64,000 nucleotides of DNA from a virus. Its lineage: Duplodnaviria; Caudoviricetes. The DNA lies in IMG/VR virus record IMGVR_UViG_2848385391_000003. One strand, 5' to 3'. The stretch's first letter is position 1; each line of letters opens with the position of its first letter. Made by a program: the position numbers and the translations under genes. This document shows, piece by piece, positions 45,606 to 57,268 of the stretch. The notes below the pieces were generated by a model. The model searched no databases. It was given only the letters and a program-made list of their open reading frames with translations, and was not told where the DNA came from.

Positions 45606-47012
45606 TTGTCAAAAAAACATAAAAATAAAGAGGCGCAAGCGATACCCGCCTTGGCAGTCCAGTCAACGGACATCACCCAAGATAGCCTCACCAATCTCGT
45701 CGCAGGCCTGATGAATAGCCGCGACAAGATGGCGTATAACCATTATGCGTTTCGCAAAACGATTAGCCGCAGCGAACTCGCCACGATGTATCGCTCGAAC
45801 TGGCTCGCTCGAAAAATCATCGATGCGCCGGCTGAGGATATGACTCGGGAATGGCTGAGCCTCGAAACAGGAGACGAAAAGAGTAAAGACGCTCTGGAAG
45901 CTGCCGAAAAGCGCTTTAAGCTCGTGACGCTTCTCACGAATAATTTGAAATGGGGCCGACTCTTTGGCGGCTCGGCGCTCTACATGAGCTTAGCGGGTGA
46001 GGACCCCGAGACGCCATTAGAGATTGAACGTATCCGCAAAGGCGCACTACAGGGCTTTCTCGTTCTGGATCAACACCAACTCACAGTAGATAAGCAACCT
46101 TGCCTGGTTGACTTAAACCGCCCTGAATATTGGCGGCCGGAGCATTATCGCGTCGCAGAGACACAGCAAAACATTCATGCCAGCCGTCTCATCTTCTCCG
46201 ATGGCGCGCTGGTGCCGGTCAGTGATTTAAAACAGCAAGGCTTTTGGCACGATAGCGTACTGCAAGCTCTTTACGACGAACTGCAACGCGGTGATACGGT
46301 CGCCAGCGGCACCGCCAGCATGTTCTTTGAAATGTGCGTAGATATCTTAAAAATTGAGGGACTTACTCACATGCTGAGCACCGATACCGGCACTCAAGAA
46401 GTCCTAAAACGCTTTGAAGTCACCAATACGGCCAAATCTTTTAACCGGATGATGCTGCTCGATAGCGCCGATGACTATCAGCAAAAAACTATCAACTTTG
46501 GCGGAGTCAGCGAAGTCGCCACGATGTTTTTACAACGTATTTCAGGTGCGGCAGACATTCCGGCAACCCGTTTGCTTGGGCAATCTCCTACCGGCCTGAG
46601 CGCCACGGGGGAAAGCGATATTCGCAACTACTACGATGCGCTCAAAGCCAAGCAAGAAAACATCTTACGTCCTCAAGTCGAAAAGATTTACGATGTTATG
46701 GCGATGTCTGAGCTGGGTCACCCCCTCAAAGACCTCGTGATCGAATTTAATCCGCTCTGGCAATTGTGTGAAGCGGAACGCGCCAACGCTGAAAAAATCC
46801 GCGCCGAGACCGATCAAATTTATCTGATGCAAGGGGTGATTCACGAAGCGCATAGCCTCAAACGCCTCAAAGCCAATGATACCTATGCGATTACCGATGA
46901 AGATTTAGACGAAGCGCAAGCACTCGCGCAAGAATTAGACACACCGGATGAACCTGACGCTACCCGCCCTGATCAAGGCACACCTCAAACACACGACAAA
47001 ACGCCAGTCTAA
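45606..47012 (+). CDS. Portal protein (DUF1073-like)
   Basis: Homologue of 2377-3774 with a different N-terminus (TTG start). Confidence 0.9.
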   Translation: MSKKHKNKEAQAIPALAVQSTDITQDSLTNLVAGLMNSRDKMAYNHYAFRKTISRSELATMYRSNWLARKIIDAPAEDMTREWLSLETGDEKSKDALEAAEKRFKLVTLLTNNLKWGRLFGGSALYMSLAGEDPETPLEIERIRKGALQGFLVLDQHQLTVDKQPCLVDLNRPEYWRPEHYRVAETQQNIHASRLIFSDGALVPVSDLKQQGFWHDSVLQALYDELQRGDTVASGTASMFFEMCVDILKIEGLTHMLSTDTGTQEVLKRFEVTNTAKSFNRMMLLDSADDYQQKTINFGGVSEVATMFLQRISGAADIPATRLLGQSPTGLSATGESDIRNYYDALKAKQENILRPQVEKIYDVMAMSELGHPLKDLVIEFNPLWQLCEAERANAEKIRAETDQIYLMQGVIHEAHSLKRLKANDTYAITDEDLDEAQALAQELDTPDEPDATRPDQGTPQTHDKTPV

Positions 47013-47781
47013 GCGCCCTCGCGTACTACGATCAGCAAAACTCAACCGTCGAGCCGAAGTCGCTTACCGCAATCAGTTGTTGAGCCTGGTGAAACAGATG
47101 CATCAGCGCGTTAAAGAAGAGATTTTGCCGATCTTGAAAGAACCAGAGGACGGCTATACGCAGGATGCGTTATCAGAATCGCTGGTTCAACGGATTCAAG
47201 CCGCGTTAGAGCGTGTGTCTCGAGCCTTTCTAGCGTTGATTGCCCACGCACACCGTTGGGCGCAACGCATGGTCAAGCAGGTCGATGAAGACAACCGCAC
47301 GGCGCTGATTGGCAGTATTCGCTATGCCTTTGGCATCGATATCGCCCCATTACTGAATGTTCCAACGCTCAATGCACCCTTGCAGTTAGCTATGGCAACG
47401 AATGTGCACTTGATCCGGTCGATTTCACAGCGCTATTTTGAGCAACTGCGCACTTCCGTTTTAACCGGAGTCTTGGAAGGACGGCGCTATACCGAACTCG
47501 CTAAAGACATTAAGAAATTGACCGGTGCCACCGAAAAGCGTGCGCGCCTGATTGCCCGTGATCAAACCGCTAAAACCCATGCGGCGATTGCCCAAGCCCG
47601 TCAAACCGCATTGGGCATTACCGAATACGAATGGCAAACCAGTGGCGATGAACGCGTACGAGACAGTCACGCGGATAACGATGGCAAACGGTTTAAGTGG
47701 GAGACCCCACCCGAGTCCGGCCACCCAGGCCACGAGATTGCTTGCCGCTGTGTCGCCTTACCCATTATTGACTTAACATGA
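46948..47781 (+). CDS. Minor head protein (gpF family)
   Basis: Homologue of 3710-4543. Confidence 0.9.
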   Translation: MNLTLPALIKAHLKHTTKRQSKRPRVLRSAKLNRRAEVAYRNQLLSLVKQMHQRVKEEILPILKEPEDGYTQDALSESLVQRIQAALERVSRAFLALIAHAHRWAQRMVKQVDEDNRTALIGSIRYAFGIDIAPLLNVPTLNAPLQLAMATNVHLIRSISQRYFEQLRTSVLTGVLEGRRYTELAKDIKKLTGATEKRARLIARDQTAKTHAAIAQARQTALGITEYEWQTSGDERVRDSHADNDGKRFKWETPPESGHPGHEIACRCVALPIIDLT

Positions 47782-48875
47782 TCGAAATTCTAGATAGCCA
47801 GCCCTCTGAGCGAACCTACACGCCAGAGGGTTTTTTAATTGCGCCCGCCAAACTCGCACGCAGCGGGATTCAATCGTATCGCGCCATCGAGTTTGCTGAC
47901 GGATCCGGCGATCCGATGCGCATTCTCAATATCTATCGCCCGCCTGAAGAAGTCTTTGCGCCCGACTCTCTGGCTTCTTATGAAGGCGCGCCGCTCACCA
48001 ACGACCATCCACCCTCTTTCTTTGTCACAGCCGATAACTGGCGGCATCTCGCGCTGGGCTTTGTGCGCAATATCCGGCAACAAGAGGGCTACGTGGTCGG
48101 TGATTTAGTGGTGCAGGACAAAAGCACCATTGCCCTCATTGAAAGCGGCAAGGTGGGCCTTTCCGCCGGTTATCAATCCAACAAAGAGATGATCTCTGGC
48201 GTGACCCCAGATGGGCAGCCCTATGACGGCATCCAGAAAAGTATTCGCGTCAACCATATCGCACTCACGCGCACCCCTCGTTGCGGGCCCACCTGCCGCA
48301 TTGAAGATTCTAACCCTAACGGAGAAATGATGACCTCTGATTCTGATCAAACCACGACGCAAAGCACCGACACAACAGTGACCGCTCAAACAACTGATGT
48401 GCCTTGCCATGATTGCGGCGAAATACAAAACCAAATGGATGCGCTAACCCAAACCATCCAAAAGCTCGAAACCGAAAACCAAAGCCTACGCCAGAAAGAA
48501 GCTACTCCTGCCGTACGCGATGCCTGGATTGCCGATTGGGCTGAAACCGTGACCGATGCTAAGCAGTTAATGCCCACTCTTCAGACAGCAGATAAAAGTT
48601 GTCATGCGATTCGGCACGAAGTGGTTAAGCAGCTTTATCCGAAGCACAAACCCGTAGTCGATGCGCTGCTCGCCGGACACACGCTCGATAACGCCGACGA
48701 GGTCATGATTCAACGCGCTTTTAAAGTGTTAAGCGCGATACCTCAAGGCACCCCACGCCGTGATCCGGTTCTAGATGCACTGAACACCCAACTGAACACC
48801 GATAGCCGCCCGTTAGACCCACAGACTGCCCGCACGCAATACATTCAGCAGCTACAAGCGACCTATACCGCTTAA
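47778..48875 (+). CDS. DUF2213 prohead protease/scaffold
   Basis: Homologue of 4540-5640. Confidence 0.85.
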   Translation: MIEILDSQPSERTYTPEGFLIAPAKLARSGIQSYRAIEFADGSGDPMRILNIYRPPEEVFAPDSLASYEGAPLTNDHPPSFFVTADNWRHLALGFVRNIRQQEGYVVGDLVVQDKSTIALIESGKVGLSAGYQSNKEMISGVTPDGQPYDGIQKSIRVNHIALTRTPRCGPTCRIEDSNPNGEMMTSDSDQTTTQSTDTTVTAQTTDVPCHDCGEIQNQMDALTQTIQKLETENQSLRQKEATPAVRDAWIADWAETVTDAKQLMPTLQTADKSCHAIRHEVVKQLYPKHKPVVDALLAGHTLDNADEVMIQRAFKVLSAIPQGTPRRDPVLDALNTQLNTDSRPLDPQTARTQYIQQLQATYTA

Positions 48876-48901
48876 CTTTTTTATTCAATCAGGAGTTTTT
48901 T

Positions 48902-49411
48902 ATGTCAATTCAACTCGCCGACTATGGTGATGCACAGCTCGAGCGGGGTATCCCTGGACTCGAGGCCGATAATGGCCCCAACAGTATTGTGAACCGCCGT
49001 AATGCCAGTACCGCTGAGATTGACTTTGGTTTAGCAGTTGCCGCAGGTGCTGACGCAGATACTGCGGTGTTGCCTTCTACAGGCTGCCGCATCATCGGTT
49101 TAAGCGTGCGCCACGCTACGATGCAAGCGAATCAAACCGGCAACGTCAGCTATGCGCCCAAAGCTACCGTACCCGTCATGGAAATTGGACGGCTATGGGC
49201 CATCGCTAAAAACCCTGTCAGCCCAGGTGACGCAGTGACGACCGACGCGACGGGCGCACTCTCCACCGGCACGGCAATAGCCGTCCCTGGCGCTCTATGG
49301 GAAACCCAAGCCGCGGCCGGAGCGATTGCGCGCGTGCGGATTAACCTCCTCCCCCCTATGCCCGCCGCCTCCAGCTCGTCTAAAAAGACTACCTCAACCC
49401 AAGTTGAATAA
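48902..49411 (+). CDS. Capsid cement/decoration protein
   Basis: Protein identical to 5667-6176. Confidence 0.7.
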   Translation: MSIQLADYGDAQLERGIPGLEADNGPNSIVNRRNASTAEIDFGLAVAAGADADTAVLPSTGCRIIGLSVRHATMQANQTGNVSYAPKATVPVMEIGRLWAIAKNPVSPGDAVTTDATGALSTGTAIAVPGALWETQAAAGAIARVRINLLPPMPAASSSSKKTTSTQVE

Positions 49412-49441
49412 CCCCCCCTTCTTCTTTTATTCTATTGAATT

Positions 49442-50410
49442 ATGCCGAACAAAATTCTTGCTGATGCGCTCAGCCGCACGTCTATTTTCCAAGACGCCAG
49501 CCTTATCCAAGATTCCTCTCAAGCCCTGGCTTTCTTAACCGGACAACTCGAATCTGTTGAAACACAGATTTACCAAAAAAAGCGTGCTCTTCTGGATTAT
49601 GAAGCGCTGCTACCGATCTCAACCTCTGCCGGCCAATGGGCCACTTCGATTACCTATCGCATGAAGGATTTTGCCGGCCAAGGCCAGCGCCATAGCGGCA
49701 AAGGCGACGATATTCCTCGGGTCGATGTTCATTATGATACAAAATCCATACCGGTCATCTCAGGCTCAATTGGCTATGCGTATACTTTTAACGAATTGCG
49801 CATGTCCGCTAAATTAAACTTAGCCATTGACCAAGATCGGGCTGAGGCCGCTTTTTATGCCTATCGCGCTCATCTCAACCAGGTAGGATTGTTTGGCGAA
49901 AAAGAACTCACCGGTTTATTCAACTCTCCCTTTGTCCCTCAAGTCCAAGCCGGTGTCGGTAGCTGGACAACAGCGACGCCTGAACAGGTTTTAAAAGAAC
50001 TCAACGAAGTGATTACGCAAGTCTGGACACAGACCAAGCGCAATAGCACACCCAATACGATCATTTTGCCTGGGGCGCACTACGCGCATCTTGCCAGCAC
50101 ACCGCGCAGCAAAGGATCGGATAAAACCATTTTGCAATACGTGCGCGAGAACAATATCGCCAAAGCCGAAAAAAATATCGATATTGACTTTCGAGGCGGG
50201 ATTGACCTCGATCGCGCAGGTCAAAATCAAAGCACACGGATGATGGTTTACGAGAAAGATCCCGTCAATCTCGCCTTTCATATCCCCATGCCGCTGATGT
50301 TCCATGCGCCAGAGCAACGCGGATTGGAATTACTCATCAACGGCGAATACAAATACTCCGGTGTTGAATTCCGTTATCCGAAGTCCGCTTTGTATATCGA
50401 TGGGATTTAA
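49442..50410 (+). CDS. Major capsid protein (DUF2184)
   Basis: Protein identical to 6207-7175. Confidence 0.88.
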   Translation: MPNKILADALSRTSIFQDASLIQDSSQALAFLTGQLESVETQIYQKKRALLDYEALLPISTSAGQWATSITYRMKDFAGQGQRHSGKGDDIPRVDVHYDTKSIPVISGSIGYAYTFNELRMSAKLNLAIDQDRAEAAFYAYRAHLNQVGLFGEKELTGLFNSPFVPQVQAGVGSWTTATPEQVLKELNEVITQVWTQTKRNSTPNTIILPGAHYAHLASTPRSKGSDKTILQYVRENNIAKAEKNIDIDFRGGIDLDRAGQNQSTRMMVYEKDPVNLAFHIPMPLMFHAPEQRGLELLINGEYKYSGVEFRYPKSALYIDGI

Positions 50411-50773
50411 ATGGCCATTACACCGGCTGACGTTAAAGCGCGCTTTCCTGTGCTCGATGCGGTGGAAGAGGCACAGCTTCAACTGCTGATTGATGATACG
50501 CGCCCCTTCTTTAATATCGAACGTTGGGGCGCGTTTTATCCGCGGGGGGCCTGTCTATTGGTCGCACACTTCTGGAGCATGCAGCAGAAAGTCGACAAGG
50601 GCGAAACCGCTCCAGTTCATGCCATTACATCTCGTAAAGCCGGCGAGGTTCAGCTTAACTATGCGTCCCCGAGCCCGCTAGAGATGCAAGATGCTTGGCT
50701 CGCAGCCACCAGCTACGGTCAACAATATCTTAGCTTGCGCAAACAGGTGGGCTTTGGCGCGCTCGTGGTGTGA
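50411..50773 (+). CDS. Head-tail adaptor (DUF4054)
   Basis: Protein identical to 7176-7538. Confidence 0.8.
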   Translation: MAITPADVKARFPVLDAVEEAQLQLLIDDTRPFFNIERWGAFYPRGACLLVAHFWSMQQKVDKGETAPVHAITSRKAGEVQLNYASPSPLEMQDAWLAATSYGQQYLSLRKQVGFGALVV

Positions 50774-51237
50774 CGATGAACTTTTCTAAATTGGATGGGC
50801 TGCTCAATCGAATCAAAGCGTTGGGCCAGAAAGAAATCTATGTCGGCGTCATTGCCAAAACTGCGCCACGCAAGGATCAAAAGGCCCGTTTCAGTAACGC
50901 TCAAATCGCTGCTGTGCATGAATTTGGCGCACCCAATAAAGGCATTCCCGCACGGCCCTTTTTAAGATCGACGTTGATTCGAAATAAGCAGGTCTATACC
51001 GATGCACTCGCCACACAACTGCGTAAGGCCGTCAGGCAAAAGCAATCGCCTGAACAAGCCTATCAGCAGGTGGGCTTTAAAGCCGCTCAAGACGTCCAAC
51101 ATGAAATCCGCCACGGCTCTCATGCGCCCCTCAAGGCTACGACAATCCAGCGCAAAAAGTCCAGCCAGCCACTGATCGATATTGGCCAACTGCACCAGTC
51201 GATCACTTCTATCGTGCGAGAGGTCAATGAATCTTAA
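50770..51237 (+). CDS. Neck/tail-completion protein
   Basis: Homologue of 7535-8002. Confidence 0.8.
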   Translation: MTMNFSKLDGLLNRIKALGQKEIYVGVIAKTAPRKDQKARFSNAQIAAVHEFGAPNKGIPARPFLRSTLIRNKQVYTDALATQLRKAVRQKQSPEQAYQQVGFKAAQDVQHEIRHGSHAPLKATTIQRKKSSQPLIDIGQLHQSITSIVREVNES

Positions 51238-51595
51238 GGCACTCTTTGATGAAAGTGAACTGACGCAGCGCATCACCCTTTCCCGCCGCTATGGCCAGCA
51301 CCATCCCGACCATGGCGAGTGGTTAGAACAGTATTACATGCTTGAGGTCACCGCGATTGTCTATCCCGCCGGTCAGGACGATCTTTTAAAGCTTCCTGAA
51401 GGCGAGCGCTATTTGCCCGCGATTCGGATTTTGAGCCAAGACCCCCTGATCGAAGGCGATATTGCATTGCATCAAAACCATCGTTGGCGCTTAACTCAGC
51501 TCTCTAATTTTGCTCACTATGGCTACTACGACGCAACAGCAGTTCGACATGAAGGCACTGCGCAGCCTACTGCGCGAGGTTTTGTCGTTACCTAG
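51227..51595 (+). CDS. Putative head-closure protein
   Basis: Homologue of 7992-8360. Confidence 0.65.
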   Translation: MNLKALFDESELTQRITLSRRYGQHHPDHGEWLEQYYMLEVTAIVYPAGQDDLLKLPEGERYLPAIRILSQDPLIEGDIALHQNHRWRLTQLSNFAHYGYYDATAVRHEGTAQPTARGFVVT

Positions 51596-52019
51596 TGGCG
51601 CGGTACGTCCCTGTTATCAGGCTGGACCCTCTGGTACTGAACCCTGTGTGATTGTTTCTGTGCTGACTTCCGTTGAAATCGGCACCACCCGACAAGCGTT
51701 TGATGGCGCACGTGAAATCGAGCGCTTGAGCACCGCGCGGCTCACCACCGTATCGATTGAAGCCTTTGGAAACAACGCCTACGCACTCATGCAAACGCTC
51801 ACGACACTGTTACAAGCCAGCTCGACGCAAGCCATGCTGCGTACCCGCTTAAACGCTGGTTTAGTTACCCTCTCGCCGTTACGCGATTTAACCACGGTGA
51901 TGGGCGCAGGACCTGAAGAACGCGCTCAGTTTGACGCCATTTTCTCGCACTCTGATTGCGTTGAGATCGATTTAAAACGAATTGAGCATGCCTCCGTTCT
52001 GACGCGCTCAGATATTTAA
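51519..52019 (+). CDS. Putative tail terminator protein
   Basis: Homologue of 8284-8784. Confidence 0.65.
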   Translation: MATTTQQQFDMKALRSLLREVLSLPSGAVRPCYQAGPSGTEPCVIVSVLTSVEIGTTRQAFDGAREIERLSTARLTTVSIEAFGNNAYALMQTLTTLLQASSTQAMLRTRLNAGLVTLSPLRDLTTVMGAGPEERAQFDAIFSHSDCVEIDLKRIEHASVLTRSDI

Positions 52020-52036
52020 TTTTTTGGAGAATTTAT

Positions 52037-53560
52037 ATGGCGACTTCGCTGCCTCTTAGCGAAATTATCAATGTTCAACTCAACGTCCAACCCCTCGCCC
52101 CCAGCCGACGGGATTTTGGCGTGTTGAATCTAATGACCCCTGAAGCCGGTCAGGTGTTTAATGATGCCCATACGCTGTATGCTGAATTTGCGAATGCTAA
52201 CAGCGTTGAGCAAGCCTTTGGCAGCCATAGCACCACCGCTCAGGCTGCTCGCCTATTCTTTGCTCAAACCCCGCGCCCTAAACGCCTGGTGGTTTCGCGC
52301 TGGGTTCGTATTAAACGCACGATAGCGGCCACTCACTCTAAACTCTATGGCGGACCGATGACCGCCACGTTAGAGCAGCTCAAAGCGGTCTCTGTCGGCT
52401 ATTTCTCGATTAAGGTCGGCTCCTCCCTTAAAAACTACTCCAAAATCAATCTTTCTAGCGCCAATACGCATGAAGAAATAGCAACCCTGATCACCGCTAA
52501 AACCTCCGCCGATAAACTCACCGTGCATTGGGACAGTACGGGGCACCGCTTTATCGTCGAAGCGGATCAAGCCGGCGCAAGTCGCACATTAAGTTTAATG
52601 AACAGCGATGGGCAGCCGCTGACGGTAAGTAGCTCGCCCTCTTATTTAGGCACCCTTCTTAAGCTCGATAGCGCGGATGCCTATTCAGTCGCCGGCACCG
52701 ATGCCGTCACGCTCGAAGCACACTCTCTCACCGAAGCACTCTCACAGCTTGAGGCCCGCTTTAATCACTGGTATGCCCTTAACATTCTTCACCCCTTAAC
52801 CGATGTCCAAATCAAAGAGGTGGCCAATTGGGTCCTCGCTGCCAATAAAAAGATTTTGGGGTTGACGACTTCTAACCCTCAGCACCTGGAACCCAGTTTT
52901 TTAAATGTATTTAAGCAGTTGGCCGATCAGAAGAATGATCGCGTCGTCGCTTTGTATGACAAAGATAATCCCCATGCGGTCTTAAGCTGGCTCGCGCGTG
53001 CTTTATCGGTGAACTTCGCGGGGAATAACACGACGATCACGATGAAGTTCAAGCAACTGCCTGGCGTCACCCCGCATCCGCTCACGCTGACCGAAGCCAG
53101 TCAATGCAAAGCCTTAGGGATCAACTATTACACCTATTTCGACGAAACCGCGATGGTTGCCGAAGGGACAGTATTAGGCGGGCGCTTCTTTGATGAGGTG
53201 CATAGCCTAGATTGGTTCGTCGATGCCGTGCAAAAAGAAGTCGTCGCCACATTACACCGCAGTCCTACCAAGATTCCGCTGACGGATGCCGGCACGCATC
53301 AGCTCTTAGCGGCCGTTGAAAGCGTCTGCCGCGAAGGCGTGCGCAATGGCGCGTTTGCCGCAGGGGTGTGGCGGGGTGATCCGTTTGGGCATTTACACAC
53401 CGGTGAGCGACTTGAAGAGGGCTTTTATGTGTGGGTCGATACCGTTGATCACCTCTCCAGCAGTGACCGTGAAGCCCGCAAAGCGCCCCCGATTCAAGTG
53501 GCGCTCAAACTCGCTGGCGCAATTCATGCTGCTGACATTCTTGTTAATTTTGATCGTTAA
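52037..53560 (+). CDS. Tail sheath (DUF3383)
   Basis: Homologue of 8802-10325. Confidence 0.9.
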   Translation: MATSLPLSEIINVQLNVQPLAPSRRDFGVLNLMTPEAGQVFNDAHTLYAEFANANSVEQAFGSHSTTAQAARLFFAQTPRPKRLVVSRWVRIKRTIAATHSKLYGGPMTATLEQLKAVSVGYFSIKVGSSLKNYSKINLSSANTHEEIATLITAKTSADKLTVHWDSTGHRFIVEADQAGASRTLSLMNSDGQPLTVSSSPSYLGTLLKLDSADAYSVAGTDAVTLEAHSLTEALSQLEARFNHWYALNILHPLTDVQIKEVANWVLAANKKILGLTTSNPQHLEPSFLNVFKQLADQKNDRVVALYDKDNPHAVLSWLARALSVNFAGNNTTITMKFKQLPGVTPHPLTLTEASQCKALGINYYTYFDETAMVAEGTVLGGRFFDEVHSLDWFVDAVQKEVVATLHRSPTKIPLTDAGTHQLLAAVESVCREGVRNGAFAAGVWRGDPFGHLHTGERLEEGFYVWVDTVDHLSSSDREARKAPPIQVALKLAGAIHAADILVNFDR

Positions 53561-53565
53561 TTCCT

Positions 53566-54006
53566 ATGAGTACTATTTTTAGTCCCCGTGACGTCTCTGT
53601 TTTAATCAATGGCGTGCGCCTCTCCGATTGGAGCGACGGCAACGATGTGATTCAGGCTAAATTGAATGCCGATGCTGGCAGCTACACGATGGGCGCGAAT
53701 GGCACTGGTGTTTTTATTGCGAATCCCGACCAGTCCGGCACGCTGACCCTTAAAATTAAACAGCAGAGCCCCGATAACCATTATTTAGATCGTTTATTTA
53801 AGCAACAGCGCTCAACCATCAAAACATTTATTCCCTTGACGCTCTCCATTGTCGATTTACTCAATGACGACAAAGTCAGCGGCCTCAATGGCTATTTCAC
53901 CACCTCACCCGACTATACGCGAGGCATGGGCCATAACGCGGTCACCTGGACCCTCGTCTTTGAACAGCTCACCATCACTCTAGAAAAAGGTTTAAAACGC
54001 GCATGA
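53566..54006 (+). CDS. Tail tube protein
   Basis: Homologue of 10331-10771. Confidence 0.8.
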   Translation: MSTIFSPRDVSVLINGVRLSDWSDGNDVIQAKLNADAGSYTMGANGTGVFIANPDQSGTLTLKIKQQSPDNHYLDRLFKQQRSTIKTFIPLTLSIVDLLNDDKVSGLNGYFTTSPDYTRGMGHNAVTWTLVFEQLTITLEKGLKRA

Positions 54007-54398
54007 ACCCCCACCCATTTGAACTCGACGGCATCACATACCGCATGACCCCCGCGAATGCGATGGCCGGCTGGGCCGCCTTAAAACAAGCAGGCAAATT
54101 ACTTGAGGGGATTAAAGTTTCCCAAGAGAGCAACCTTGAAATCGGCACGCTTTTAGCCCATTTGGGCAGCCCTCAAGTCGCTGAAATCGAGCGTCTGATT
54201 TATGAACATACGACCGTTCAAGCGAATCAAGATAAACCCTTTCGGCTCGCCCATCAGCTTGAGACCCATTTTAATCAACATCGCTCGCACCTCATTCGCG
54301 TTCTGCTGGAAGGCTGTAAGGTGCAATTCGCCGATTTTTTCAAAGGGGGCGCTTGGAACAGTCTAAGCGCCCTCATGCCCACTCCGGTTCAGACCTAA
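54003..54398 (+). CDS. Tail assembly chaperone
   Basis: Homologue of 10768-11169. Confidence 0.8.
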   Translation: MNPHPFELDGITYRMTPANAMAGWAALKQAGKLLEGIKVSQESNLEIGTLLAHLGSPQVAEIERLIYEHTTVQANQDKPFRLAHQLETHFNQHRSHLIRVLLEGCKVQFADFFKGGAWNSLSALMPTPVQT

Positions 54399-54556
54399 TC
54401 GATTGGTTTATTTGGCTGCCCATCATGCGCAAGCACTGCACGCTCAATGAACTCAGAACCGTTTATACGTTGTCTGACTTGGTCGAGTTTCATCAGGCCA
54501 TAGCGCAGTGGGACACCATTCAAACCGAACTGACTCAAAGCACCCATGGTCGTTGA
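54335..54556 (+). CDS. Tail chaperone -1 frameshift extension
   Basis: TTTTTTC at 54335-54341; -1 frame conserved with copy A. Confidence 0.7.
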   Translation, partial: FFQRGRLEQSKRPHAHSGSDLIDWFIWLPIMRKHCTLNELRTVYTLSDLVEFHQAIAQWDTIQTELTQSTHGR

Positions 54557-56210
54557 CGAATTTCTCTTTAAGCTCGGCGTCGTCGCGGATCTTAAGCAAG
54601 CCCAGCAGTTTCGCCAAGCGCTCTCCGATGTCGCCCGTACCGCTTCGATTGCTACAATCGCCGTGGGCGCATTGGCGGGTGGCCTCACCGCTTTCTTTGC
54701 CAAGGCATTGAATGGTCTCAATACGCTGAATCAAGCCGCACGCGAAACCGGCGTCAGCGCCGAATATTTACAGCAACTCGGCTTTGCTGCGGCGCAAAAT
54801 GGTGCTTCTCTTGAAGCCGCCACGGCCTCAGTGCGCGGACTCTCTAAAGTCATTGGCGAGGCCGCCGATGGGATAGGACGAGGCGCACGCGCTTTTGAAC
54901 ATTACGGACTCTCAGCCAAAAACGCCAATGGCTCGATTAAATCCGTCACGCAGATGATGGGCGAATTGCAGGACAAAATGCAGCGCCTCTCTGATCCTCA
55001 GCGCAGTGCCTTCTTACAAAAGATGGGCATCGATGCGGCGATGGTGCAAACGCTACGCTTATCTAAAGCTGAACTGCACGAGCTGATGCAAGAGGCACAG
55101 GATTTAGGCATCGCGACACAAGAGCAAGCGGATAGGGCTTCTGCCTGGGGCGATGCAATGGCCCGCATGGGCTGGGTATTCAAGTCTTTACGTACACAAA
55201 TCGCTCTTGGTTTAGCGCCTCAGTTACTTCTACTCGCGGATCGCTTTAAAGCCTTTTTGTTACGCAATAAAGAGCTGATTCGGGATGGGCTGCGCCGGTT
55301 TATTGACATCCTGTTTGCTGCCGTACAAGCGCTGGTTCATACAGGGTCTGCGATGGATCGCGTGATCCGCCATACGATCGGATGGAAAGCGGCTCTATGG
55401 GCATTGGTCGGTGTCTTAGCCTGGGTCAAGCGCGCAACGATGGCCGCATTTGTCGTCAATCCCGTTGCGTGGCTCGCTGCGGCTATCGCAGGGCTAATTG
55501 TCTTGATCGATGACTTGATGACCCATCTCCGAGGCGGTGAAGCCTCTTTGGCCAGATTTTGGGATTGGCTTGGAAACGGGATCAACTATGCCCAAGAAGC
55601 TTTTGCTCAATGCTGCAACTATTTAACTCGGTTTCAAAAGACGCTGGCGCAGGTAGCCAGCAAAATTAAAGCTCTTATCAATTCAACCTGGGCACAGCTC
55701 GATCATTTGATTCGTCAAACTTGGAAAAGCCTTTTAGCCAAAAGTACCGCACTTGTTGCCCGCCTTAAAACGCTATTTCTCTCGCTCTTAGAATCCGCTC
55801 GCACGCTATGGACGAATATCGCGGATGGGATCGCTCAGGCTTTTGAAACGGCCTTTAACCGCATACAGCGCGCCTGGGATAGCGTCTTTGGATGGATATC
55901 TAAAGGCTGGGCTAAACTGCAATCCAGCTTCCGTTGGATGGGCGAAAAACTGAATCTGACCCAGGGAATCGATATTGCTCAAGCCGTCAACCTGGCTTCA
56001 GCTTCCGCTCATCCAGCTGCGCATCAAAGTAACACTGTGACCCACCATACTACGCATCAGGCGCAGAAAACTCAGCAAAACACCGTCCATCAAGACATTA
56101 AAATCCATATCGCCTCTTCCGATCCCGTCGCCGCAGGCCGCGCCACCGTGGATGCACTGCGTCAACAGCGCATTGCCACGCATAACAGCCACAGTGCGGC
56201 CAAGCTATGA
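54546..56210 (+). CDS. Tape measure protein
   Basis: Homologue of 11317-12981, same length. Confidence 0.88.
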   Translation: MVVDEFLFKLGVVADLKQAQQFRQALSDVARTASIATIAVGALAGGLTAFFAKALNGLNTLNQAARETGVSAEYLQQLGFAAAQNGASLEAATASVRGLSKVIGEAADGIGRGARAFEHYGLSAKNANGSIKSVTQMMGELQDKMQRLSDPQRSAFLQKMGIDAAMVQTLRLSKAELHELMQEAQDLGIATQEQADRASAWGDAMARMGWVFKSLRTQIALGLAPQLLLLADRFKAFLLRNKELIRDGLRRFIDILFAAVQALVHTGSAMDRVIRHTIGWKAALWALVGVLAWVKRATMAAFVVNPVAWLAAAIAGLIVLIDDLMTHLRGGEASLARFWDWLGNGINYAQEAFAQCCNYLTRFQKTLAQVASKIKALINSTWAQLDHLIRQTWKSLLAKSTALVARLKTLFLSLLESARTLWTNIADGIAQAFETAFNRIQRAWDSVFGWISKGWAKLQSSFRWMGEKLNLTQGIDIAQAVNLASASAHPAAHQSNTVTHHTTHQAQKTQQNTVHQDIKIHIASSDPVAAGRATVDALRQQRIATHNSHSAAKL

Positions 56211-56947
56211 CGATCTCGGTGTTGCACCGCCGCATCGGCACCGTCACGCTCGATGCAACGCTCGCTGAGCAACATCAGTCGGTTTTACGCATTTCTGAAA
56301 ACCCGATTGAATCCGGTGCGCTGATTGCCGATCATGCGGCGCTGGAGCCAAAACAAATTACGATCACAGGCATTGTCACCGATTACCAGCCACCGATCAC
56401 CTACCCCACAGGAATGAATCGCGCATTTTTGCGCAAAAGTCCCGACTTCTTTAATCAGCTTCCTTTGCCGACCGAAGTTAAAGCGGTCACGATGCAGGCC
56501 GCCTCGCGGATGCAGCGCGAACTCGGTTCTGCACCAACCCTTCAGCAGTCAATCGCTAGCAATCTAGAGCAGGCGCGCCCTCTCGTTCCCTGGCTACCGG
56601 CCTGGAGCGGAATCGATTCCAGCACAACGCAAGAGCGCGTGCAGCAGGTCTATGATGCTCTACTGGAATTACAACGGTCCATTGAGCCGATCGAGATTCT
56701 AACGGGCGCTAAGCTGTATTCCAATATGCTCCTCCAGTCCATCAGCCTGAATCAGATGCAAGATGGCATCGCTGAATTCACGATCACCTGTCGGGAGATT
56801 TTAATCGTATCGACACAATCGATCGCCGGCATTCAGCGCCAATCTGGCCGCGCCCGCAAGCAAGCCGCCGCTAAAACGCAAAAAGGCAAAGTCCAACTCC
56901 AGCCCGCCGACAAAAAGAAGTCGTTGCTGAAGCATCTATTGGGCTAA
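56207..56947 (+). CDS. Baseplate/tube initiator protein
   Basis: Homologue of 12978-13718. Confidence 0.75.
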   Translation: MTISVLHRRIGTVTLDATLAEQHQSVLRISENPIESGALIADHAALEPKQITITGIVTDYQPPITYPTGMNRAFLRKSPDFFNQLPLPTEVKAVTMQAASRMQRELGSAPTLQQSIASNLEQARPLVPWLPAWSGIDSSTTQERVQQVYDALLELQRSIEPIEILTGAKLYSNMLLQSISLNQMQDGIAEFTITCREILIVSTQSIAGIQRQSGRARKQAAAKTQKGKVQLQPADKKKSLLKHLLG

Positions 56948-56950
56948 GCC

Positions 56951-57268
56951 ATGCATTTGATCCCCGTTGATTCCGCCCCGTATCAAGAAATGACGATTGC
57001 GTTTAAAGGGCATGCGTTGCGCCTCACGCTGCGCTACAACAGTCTTGCCGATTATTGGGCGCTAGATATTTTTGATTTAAAGCGTGAACGCTATACCGCT
57101 CAAGGGCAGCCGCTGGTTGTGGGTGTGCCGATTTTATGGCGCAGGCCTATTGATTATTGCTTCATCCTCACCGATGAAAGCGGTATCGGCCTTGATCCCG
57201 TCGGCGGAGAAGATTTAGGCCAGCGCTGTTTACTTTACATTGCGGATAAAACGCAGATTCCTCTATGA
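56951..57268 (+). CDS. Small baseplate protein
   Basis: Homologue of 13722-14039. Confidence 0.7.
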   Translation: MHLIPVDSAPYQEMTIAFKGHALRLTLRYNSLADYWALDIFDLKRERYTAQGQPLVVGVPILWRRPIDYCFILTDESGIGLDPVGGEDLGQRCLLYIADKTQIPL